DNA from: a virus
Taxonomy: Duplodnaviria > Caudoviricetes
DNA length: 64,000 nucleotides
Virus record (IMG/VR): IMGVR_UViG_3300021514_000002
Span: 256,001 to 320,000 of that record
Reading direction: 5' to 3' (one strand)
Part shown: positions 58,301 through 64,000 of the stretch, piece after piece
Numbering within the stretch: position 1 is the first letter of the stretch
Layout: every line of letters starts with the position of its first letter
Notes under the pieces: generated by a model
Seen by the model: the letters and a program-made list of their open reading frames with translations, nothing else
What the model was told of the DNA's origin: nothing
The model's database searches: none
Position numbers and translations under genes: made by a program

Positions 58301-58432
58301 ATTGCATTAAACGCAGGCGAATTAATTTCAATTGCGCAATCTTATCGCGAAGAATTATTAAATCAGATAGATGAATTTATAGTTGATTTACCAGAAGAAG
58401 TTGGAATGTATAGTACGTTTATTTTAGGATAA
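55331..58432 (+). CDS. 13: Neck protein (gp13-like C-terminal domain) fused to a long W-rich repeat region
   Basis: C-terminal IRSQLGYPVVDVEL...QLD.AI..AL..FR...W...YAL...M..L..IRGKF..LPG motif; TATAAATA at 55296-55303. Confidence 0.85.
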   Translation: MSGFDPIGDSANSLRTEGQEIKLKFKQGVPATSQGTIEWNIPVPAHGCVSGETGAYAGIIFLLSTEPLDATNIPQDGTVYVADPTADFDLSTADMIGNAIVVGAVYECEQKGRGETLTTSLVISNLQQGISYYLGGYAVDCQYRYHSDGIRSYSDSYGEKDGTSIPSTQTISLGNESTGVLPTDGTGLVPSVNYEFDLIVDNSFPNGYDYKTIPITIDGINAGTYQDLLDTIKAQIKLSDNPPQSPVPPHTNDFYWNATEEELYQYDGTNYNLIDVIKELTDPANVVVGTYWYNPTSKVLQNYDSLAGSPIPAATWNVVNFLETESDPTNPACDLYWYDSTLARKWDGSTWCNQVTLISSTDPSDYPTLDCGTYWYDSTNTTLFGWDNIWVEKSAIYWPEAPTALSNGTYWFNNTSSEMFRRVSSAWTDITITTKIQETEPTVLLDGIVWYKPSTEELKVYSTGSPFGWILTDVLVWADDPTDITSCDLWWNQTTNVLSVWDVVNSEWDAVVSFTISVLDPALPVVIVTDTVWYEPTNGVLTRWDGSDWVSTTHVEKATDPTQPSVGEGWYKPSTNTWNIWNTPVAGWNIIDPIDAIIDPTSIPNGTYWFDTTTIALNVRNGISWISVTFSTVPFVPARKSLWFDTSTSVLNEWNGTMWTEATPTVEVYFNTAGGITFRTVKRGSDTAILVPVPPGSLSATDTVVNGFADFSEFDIDPVSGYTFERETSGRIYTARNIPANSFLWSNLKYVGKIQFPGAGNDGKSGVPSYAELGVGDDGTPDERRELMDSIRSQLGYPVVDVELTNYQLDTAIQGALESFRKRSGAATHRGFFFLNIEPGKQQYILTNKALGYNKIVTIMEAKRFTSAFLSSAHGSGVYGQVVLQHLYNMGTFDLTSFHLVAQYVEQLEHLFSTRLTFTFHESDRVFSLFNSFTRPEKILLDCMVERTEQDLLKDRYIKTWIERYALSEAMMMLAHIRGKFASLPGAGGGIALNAGELISIAQSYREELLNQIDEFIVDLPEEVGMYSTFILG

Positions 58433-58484
58433 TACACGTAGTACAAAATTATTTTACAAAATATAGGTTAAGGAGAAAAACCAA

Positions 58485-59075
58485 ATGTCAAAACGGTTAG
58501 ATAAAATTATTGAAGAAATGGGAAACTATTCAGATATGGGAATGCCCGATGGACAAGGTGCCATGGGAATGGGTAGCGCAGCATCAATGGGCGGTTTACG
58601 AGGTGGTTCATCAGATGGTCGCCCAAAATTAAAAGCATATAAGCTTAATGATCTTCTTCGTTCACGTAATCGTGCAGAAGAAGAAGAAGGTTTGGATGAT
58701 AACGATAATGGTATGGAAGATACTGGTATGGAAGATACTGGTATGGAAGATATGGACATGGAAGACGAAGGAGGAACAGCAGAATTAACGCAATTCTTTA
58801 CTGACAATCCTGAACCAGCTGATGACGAAATCGCTGCATATGCAGAAGAGCATGGCATGGATCTACAAGAAATGCGTCTGGCTGTTTATCGTTTAATTCA
58901 ATCGTTACTTCCTAGTGATGAAGAAAATATGGATGATGAAGACACTATGGGCGATGAAGACACTATGGGCGATGAAGACACTATGGATTTCTCTGTGTCA
59001 GGTGATACAGGTGAAAAACCAGCATCTAATGAATTAAACATGGGTTCACGTCGGACATCACGCGATAGAATGTAA
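58485..59075 (+). CDS. Acidic Met/Gly-rich protein with tandem repeats
   Basis: AAGGAG RBS; EDTGM and DEDTMG repeats around a small helical domain (FFTDNPEPADDEI...). Confidence 0.7.
   Translation: MSKRLDKIIEEMGNYSDMGMPDGQGAMGMGSAASMGGLRGGSSDGRPKLKAYKLNDLLRSRNRAEEEEGLDDNDNGMEDTGMEDTGMEDMDMEDEGGTAELTQFFTDNPEPADDEIAAYAEEHGMDLQEMRLAVYRLIQSLLPSDEENMDDEDTMGDEDTMGDEDTMDFSVSGDTGEKPASNELNMGSRRTSRDRM
58710..58752 (+). repeat. 15-bp tandem repeat, about 2.9 copies
   Basis: GGTATGGAAGATACT units. Confidence 0.85.
58935..58986 (+). repeat. 18-bp tandem repeat, about 2.9 copies
   Basis: GATGAAGACACTATGGGC units. Confidence 0.9.
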
Positions 59076-59083
59076 ATAGTAAC

Positions 59084-59503
59084 ATGAAGTTATTTGAAGT
59101 AATTGGATTCGAAGACAAAAAAACTGGTATGCCAACATACGATGATATGATGGCAGACCCAGATTATTTTGCACGTGCCAAGCGCAGAAAACATGGGATA
59201 GTGATGATGAGTCCTGATGAATATATTAATAAAGCCGTCAAAGGATTCAAGCAATCTGATCCAGATGCTACAGCTGAAAGCGTTATTAGAACAAGAGATC
59301 CTGACTTAATAAGTAAATATGCTAAGCAGATGCAAACAGGAGCTAAATTTCCTACTATAATGTTAGATTATTCAATTGGTTTTAGTCAAGAAGGATTGCA
59401 TCGTGCTCTTGCAGCTAAACAACTCGGATTAGATGAAATACCTGTTATGATAATTAGTATGACTAGACGTAGTGACAGAGGAACTAAAAGGGCATCGTAT
59501 TAA
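59084..59503 (+). CDS. ParB/Srx-fold protein
   Basis: FPTIMLDY....QEGLHRALAAKQLGLDEIPVMII motif. Confidence 0.7.
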   Translation: MKLFEVIGFEDKKTGMPTYDDMMADPDYFARAKRRKHGIVMMSPDEYINKAVKGFKQSDPDATAESVIRTRDPDLISKYAKQMQTGAKFPTIMLDYSIGFSQEGLHRALAAKQLGLDEIPVMIISMTRRSDRGTKRASY

Positions 59504-61222
59504 ATGAATGATTATAAAAAAGTTAGTGACTCGTGTAATGGAACAATTGGTCCAGATTATAATTTAAACCCAGATGGTACTATTAATACTGCCGTGTCTG
59601 GAACACAAGCGTGCCCAACGATTCAAAACGATAGTCGCCGTTTGCCTGATCAAAGCGACGACCTTAGATGTAGACCGTTCCAATTAGAAAATGGAAAAAG
59701 TAATCAATATGTTGATCGTTTAGTCAATGAAGCATTGAACATTGGTGGTGCTACTTTAAACATTTATAAATTATTAGGAGTACATGAACAAGGTAAACTT
59801 GTGGATTGTACTGGTAGAGGTGAACCAATATCAAATGGTGATTTGCCTAATTTCCCTGCTAGTAATGCATTTGATAAGTACGTTACTGAATGGCGATCTA
59901 TTCAACGTGGTACGGGTGTTCTTGTGTCTACTTATATTGGTTATGATTTTGGTAATATTAAAACAACCAATGGCACAGAACGCGCCTATGGTATTAATAC
60001 ATCCATTTATAAACATGTCGCAACAATTGCAATTAAGCAAAGCGCACAACAATTACGTCGTGTAACGCGCGCAAGAATCGAGCGTTCCGATGATGGTATA
60101 AAATGGTATGGTGTTAATATTGTATTATTTCCAGATGATGATTGTTTGAATATTATACAATTTAAACATTCAGTGCCATCACGTTATTGGCGCATTCGTC
60201 CAATGGATTTCAATGGCGTCGATACTAATGATGTATGGGCAGTTCCTGCAATTCAAATGTTTCATAATTATACTGGCACAGACGAATATAATATTCAAGA
60301 TAAGGTGTTGTTGGAAAATAGAGATCGTGATTATTCTACCGATGTGATTTTATTAAAAGGATATTATGATTTAACCGATAACCTAAGCGAACTTACAGCA
60401 CTAGGTTTAGAAGTACCATCTATGACAATATACATAACAGTAAGTTTTTCTGCATGTGTAGCAGTACTTGGTCGCCCTCTTGTCGTAGGCGATATTATGG
60501 AAATTCCAAGTGAAGCACAATATTCAGCAGAAATGAAAAGAATTTTAAAATGGATGGAAGTCACAGACGTTTCTTGGGCAACAGAAGGGTATACTCCTGG
60601 ATGGCAACCAACGCTACTTCGTATAGTAGCACAGCCAGCATTTGTTTCACAAGAAACTCAAGACATATTTGGTGACCTTGGCGAAACGTTACCAGATGGG
60701 GTTGGCACAGTATCTGGTGAAGATGGTAAAAATCCTATCTACCAAGATTATTTTGATGTAAGTCAGACAATTGAAGCAGAAGCACGTGATGCTGTTCCTG
60801 AACGAGGAGCTGAAGGGTCAAGTACTATTAGGGCATGGGAAGAATCAGAGATAGAGGCCGCCACAGACAAAGGCGTAAACAATCTTCAAAAGATTGGACT
60901 AAATCCAACAGGATTATATGTTGAAGATGCGATGCCACCAAACAATTCACCGTTTACGGAAGGTGACGAATATGAGGCAAATCCAACCCATGGTGATTAT
61001 CATAGATTGACTTATTCTGGGTTAGCAGGCGATATACCTGCAAGATTATATCGTTATTCTTCATCTAAAGGACGGTGGATTTATTTAGAAACTGATTTGC
61101 GTGCGCAATATGATCCCGCCAAACCAACAATGAAAGAATTTATAGTAAGTCCTGATGCAGTACCAAATAACCAAATAACCAGAAACAGGGAAACTATCGA
61201 CAAGGATTGTGAGGAAACTTAA
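59504..61222 (+). CDS. 14: Neck/head-completion protein (gp14-like) with discoidin-like insertion
   Basis: VNEALNIGGATLNIYKLLG N-terminus; ASNAFD....WRS...IERSDDGIKW...SRYWRI insertion; between the gp13- and gp15-like genes. Confidence 0.7.
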   Translation: MNDYKKVSDSCNGTIGPDYNLNPDGTINTAVSGTQACPTIQNDSRRLPDQSDDLRCRPFQLENGKSNQYVDRLVNEALNIGGATLNIYKLLGVHEQGKLVDCTGRGEPISNGDLPNFPASNAFDKYVTEWRSIQRGTGVLVSTYIGYDFGNIKTTNGTERAYGINTSIYKHVATIAIKQSAQQLRRVTRARIERSDDGIKWYGVNIVLFPDDDCLNIIQFKHSVPSRYWRIRPMDFNGVDTNDVWAVPAIQMFHNYTGTDEYNIQDKVLLENRDRDYSTDVILLKGYYDLTDNLSELTALGLEVPSMTIYITVSFSACVAVLGRPLVVGDIMEIPSEAQYSAEMKRILKWMEVTDVSWATEGYTPGWQPTLLRIVAQPAFVSQETQDIFGDLGETLPDGVGTVSGEDGKNPIYQDYFDVSQTIEAEARDAVPERGAEGSSTIRAWEESEIEAATDKGVNNLQKIGLNPTGLYVEDAMPPNNSPFTEGDEYEANPTHGDYHRLTYSGLAGDIPARLYRYSSSKGRWIYLETDLRAQYDPAKPTMKEFIVSPDAVPNNQITRNRETIDKDCEET

Positions 61223-61998
61223 TGGCCACATCAGTATTAGATAATTATCATTACGACGCGCAATTGCGTAAGTACATTGTACAGTTTGCGGCAGTATTTG
61301 CTGGCATTCAAGTAGAAGTTGGAAAGCGTGATGATATTGAACCGCATTTAATTAGCGTGCCTATTAAAAATGCCAGCGTGGATCGTGTCGTTGGTCATAT
61401 TAAAAGCGAAAACACCCAAAATAAACCAATTAGATTGCCTATTATGTCATTCCAACTCGTAAATCCTGACCTCGCGCCAGACTTACGCAAAGGAATTGGT
61501 ACGAAACGTCGATCCACATACATGCCCACTGGTGGATTATTTCCAGATGACATGAAAGTAGTAGAACAACGCCAGCCCGTGCCTTATCGTGCCTTATTTG
61601 AATTAACTATATGGGCAAGTAATCAAGATCAACATTATCAGATTGTGGAGCAAATTCTTACACTTTTCGATCCGATACTTCAAATCCAAACCACCGATGA
61701 TATATTTGATTGGTCTAAATTAACATCCATAGAACTGACTGATGTTAGGTTCGATGAGACTGTTCCACAAGGTTCAGATCGTCGAATCATCCAGAGTAGA
61801 CTCGGTTTTTCAGTACCAATATATCTATCTATTCCTGCGAAAGTACACAGTAATTATGTTAAGGATATTTACCTTAGAATTGGAGCGGCGGGCACAGATT
61901 CCGAATCTTCATATGACATAATTGCAGATCTTGATTCTCAAGGCGTTGAATATGAAAAAGTATTCTCTTTAGATGATATCGATATAGATAAAAAATAA
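61222..61998 (+). CDS. 15: Tail terminator / sheath stabilizer (T4 gp15-like)
   Basis: YHYDAQLRKYI.QF..VF, RLPIMSF, P.PY...FEL.IW..N.DQ..QI.EQIL..F.P motifs. Confidence 0.88.
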   Translation: MATSVLDNYHYDAQLRKYIVQFAAVFAGIQVEVGKRDDIEPHLISVPIKNASVDRVVGHIKSENTQNKPIRLPIMSFQLVNPDLAPDLRKGIGTKRRSTYMPTGGLFPDDMKVVEQRQPVPYRALFELTIWASNQDQHYQIVEQILTLFDPILQIQTTDDIFDWSKLTSIELTDVRFDETVPQGSDRRIIQSRLGFSVPIYLSIPAKVHSNYVKDIYLRIGAAGTDSESSYDIIADLDSQGVEYEKVFSLDDIDIDKK

Positions 61999-62026
61999 CA
62001 TATTTTATCATTTTTCGGTACGTCCG

Positions 62027-62034
62027 TATAAATA
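62027..62034 (+). promoter_or_regulatory. T4-type late promoter TATAAATA
   Basis: Exact consensus upstream of the tail sheath gene. Confidence 0.8.
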
Positions 62035-62090
62035 GTAATAGCCACGTTATGTTAGTGAAGAAATAACGTTTAGTTAAGGAGAATCCCGAT

Positions 62091-63923
62091 ATGGCAACTT
62101 TGGTAAGCCCAGGTGTAAGTGTAACAGTAACAGATGAAAGTTTTTTCATCCCTGTATCAGCGCCTACAGTCCCTTTGTTTTTTATTGCGACAGCCGATGA
62201 AAAATTCCGCCCTGATGGTTTAACGCCAGCAGAAGGCACATACGAATATAATGTTGTTCGCACCGTTACATCTTTAAATCAAAGTACACAATTATATGGT
62301 GTTCCAAAGTTTCTTGAAGATGATACATCAGGCAAACCACATCATGGTGATGCCCGTAACGAATACGGATTATTTGCTTTAAACCAATACTTGGGATTAG
62401 GCAATCGCGCATATGTTGTACGCTCAAACGTTAACTTAAATGATAATATTACAGATATCCGCACTATGTGGGATACAAAAATTCTTGAAGCGCAAACAGT
62501 ACTTCAAAACTTAATTCAGAATTTTTTAAATGAAAAGGATGCAATTGGCACACCAGCGCAAGTACCTGATGGTTCACCTGTTGGTTCACCAATAGTATAT
62601 GTAGACGGCTCACCGTTAGTATACGTTCCGAATCTTCCAGGCACATCAACAACCGTAACCGCCGCCGAATTACAAGATCTTGCAAGAACTGCAACTGCAG
62701 AATTGTTTTCTTCATATTCGTTTAATATCGTAGATACTGATTTCTTTGGTGCCGTGGGCGTAGCCTCTGGGCTTCTTGTTTATGCTAATGGATATTCATT
62801 AGCATCAACGGGGGTCTTTGATGGATTTGATTACATGACATCTAATATTGGCTCATATCCATCTTATCCTGGTGGTACAGGTTCACCTCCTGGTGAATTT
62901 ACTGCAGTAGAGGGCGCGGCGTTCTTAGTTGCTGCTGCTGATGATATGAAATTCACGCTTGAATTTTTATCACAAACAAGTCTTGGTGCTAATGATGCCG
63001 CCCGTCGTACAGCGATTGTAACAGCACTTCAAGCATCTATTGTTTCAAATACAGATATTCGTGCTGAAAACTTTGATTATAATTTAATTACATGTCCTGG
63101 TTATCCAGAGGTTGCAGACGAGTTACTTAGTCTTGTTGCAGACATGCAGGATGAAGCATTAGTTATTGCTGATACTCCAATGAATTTAGATCCAGATGGT
63201 ATTACCAATCCATCAACGGGTTGGGCTGGTACTGTTGCTCGTCAACGTTCTACGCACATTGCATATTATTATCCATCAGCCCTTGCCTCAAATCTTGATG
63301 GTAAGAATGTTGTTTGTTCGGCAGCAGGTGTTGCTCTTCGCACATATACTTATAGTGATAATGTATCATTCTTATGGTTTGCACCAGCTGGTATCCGTCG
63401 TGGTCTTATCACAGGAATATCAAATCTTGGTTACGTAACAGGTGAATTAGGTACCCCAACAACATTTGTTGAGGTAAGTTTAAATCCTGGTCAACGCGAT
63501 GCGTTGTATCAATACTTGGCATCTGGTGATATTAATCCATTAGTATTCTTCCCAGGAAATGGCTTCCTTGTTTGGGGACAGAAAACTTCTGCACCTGCTG
63601 CAAGCGCAATGGATCGTGTTAGTGTTTCACGGCTTATGAAATACATTAAACGTCAACTTCGTAGAAATACGTTAAGTTTCGTATTTGAACCAAATGATCA
63701 ATTAACACGTGATAATTTAAAAGCGGTTATAGATGGCTTCCTCGGTGACTTAATTGTTAAACGTGGATTATACGATTACGCTACTATTTGTGATGAAAGT
63801 AATAACACACCGGATAGAATTGATAGAAATGAATTATATGTTGATATTGCATTGAAACCCGTTAAAGCGGCAGAATTTATCTACATACCAATTCGTATAG
63901 TTGCAACTGGTGCAGAAATTTAA
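62091..63923 (+). CDS. 18: Tail sheath protein (T4 gp18)
   Basis: LVSPGVSVTV.DES, WFAPAG..RG, INPL..FPG.G..VWGQKT, FVFEPND..TR, DESNNTP..ID.NE..VDI..KP.KAAEFI motifs. Confidence 0.98.
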   Translation: MATLVSPGVSVTVTDESFFIPVSAPTVPLFFIATADEKFRPDGLTPAEGTYEYNVVRTVTSLNQSTQLYGVPKFLEDDTSGKPHHGDARNEYGLFALNQYLGLGNRAYVVRSNVNLNDNITDIRTMWDTKILEAQTVLQNLIQNFLNEKDAIGTPAQVPDGSPVGSPIVYVDGSPLVYVPNLPGTSTTVTAAELQDLARTATAELFSSYSFNIVDTDFFGAVGVASGLLVYANGYSLASTGVFDGFDYMTSNIGSYPSYPGGTGSPPGEFTAVEGAAFLVAAADDMKFTLEFLSQTSLGANDAARRTAIVTALQASIVSNTDIRAENFDYNLITCPGYPEVADELLSLVADMQDEALVIADTPMNLDPDGITNPSTGWAGTVARQRSTHIAYYYPSALASNLDGKNVVCSAAGVALRTYTYSDNVSFLWFAPAGIRRGLITGISNLGYVTGELGTPTTFVEVSLNPGQRDALYQYLASGDINPLVFFPGNGFLVWGQKTSAPAASAMDRVSVSRLMKYIKRQLRRNTLSFVFEPNDQLTRDNLKAVIDGFLGDLIVKRGLYDYATICDESNNTPDRIDRNELYVDIALKPVKAAEFIYIPIRIVATGAEI

Positions 63924-63970
63924 AACTTTATGTAAACACGTAAAGAAGACATAGAGAAGGAAAAAATAAA

Positions 63971-64000
63971 ATGGCTACAATTAATGATCAAGGTATCCCA
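63971..64000 (+). CDS. Probable tail tube protein, first 10 codons only
   Basis: AAGGA RBS and ATG directly after the sheath gene (MATINDQGIP); assigned by position only. Confidence 0.5.
   Translation, partial: MATINDQGIP

Noticed and set aside
58710-58986. Short tandem repeats as a CRISPR array
   Set aside because: No unique spacers; units are in-frame multiples of 3 inside a CDS; no cas genes.
616-63438. Many 60-220 aa ORFs in the track that overlap long genes (e.g. 14218-14892, 12190-12615, 56638-57120, 47338-47727)
   Set aside because: They are antisense or alternate-frame shadows of well-supported genes, with no RBS/promoter support or recognisable motifs.
10165-63923. GSP enrichment as a DNA-level repeat or GG-N4-CC protein-binding site
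   Set aside because: Both TCN and AGY serine codons and several Gly/Pro codons are used, always in frame, so the constraint is on the peptide.
1-64000. Alternative genetic code (TAG or TGA reassignment), as in some jumbo phages
   Set aside because: All core genes, including the 3702-aa ORF, are intact in code 11; TAG and TGA both end genes at sensible positions.

Overview
A 64-kb AT-rich segment of a T4-superfamily jumbo myophage. It is almost fully coding, with no tRNA, rRNA or CRISPR seen. Left (1-9.4 kb, +): replication and accessory genes, including an exonuclease, a retropepsin-like protease, a ParB-like protein, a degenerate 2OG-Fe(II) oxygenase, a membrane-anchored SLT, a DsbA-like protein, family-B DNA polymerase, DUF488, the gp45 clamp and RNase H. 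Middle (9.8-35.7 kb, mostly -): PAAR spike and a large baseplate/tail module (3702-aa and 1022-aa structural proteins; gp6-, gp25-, gp5- and gp53-like genes). Then gp55-gp47-gp46, four small coupled ORFs, RuvC and a DinG helicase, followed by the head/neck/tail module (tape measure, gp20, core proteins, gp21, gp22, gp23, HNH, gp13, gp14, gp15, gp18, start of gp19). Early/middle genes have sigma70 promoters; structural genes have T4-type NATAAATA late promoters. Two signals stand out. (1) The four small genes after gp46 (39707-40869) each carry a short segment resembling a conserved motif of a different virion protein of this same phage (prohead protease, tail sheath, major capsid, portal), and all four have a shared C-terminal motif [FY][DE]x[AT]Mx[IL][VIL]. 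This suggests an undescribed decoy/mimic cassette. (2) The tripeptide Gly-Ser-Pro occurs 47 times (manual count), with varied codons, in eight virion-module proteins and in none of the other annotated proteins, suggesting a virion-wide modification or docking sequon. All family assignments come from motif recognition by eye; no database searches were run.
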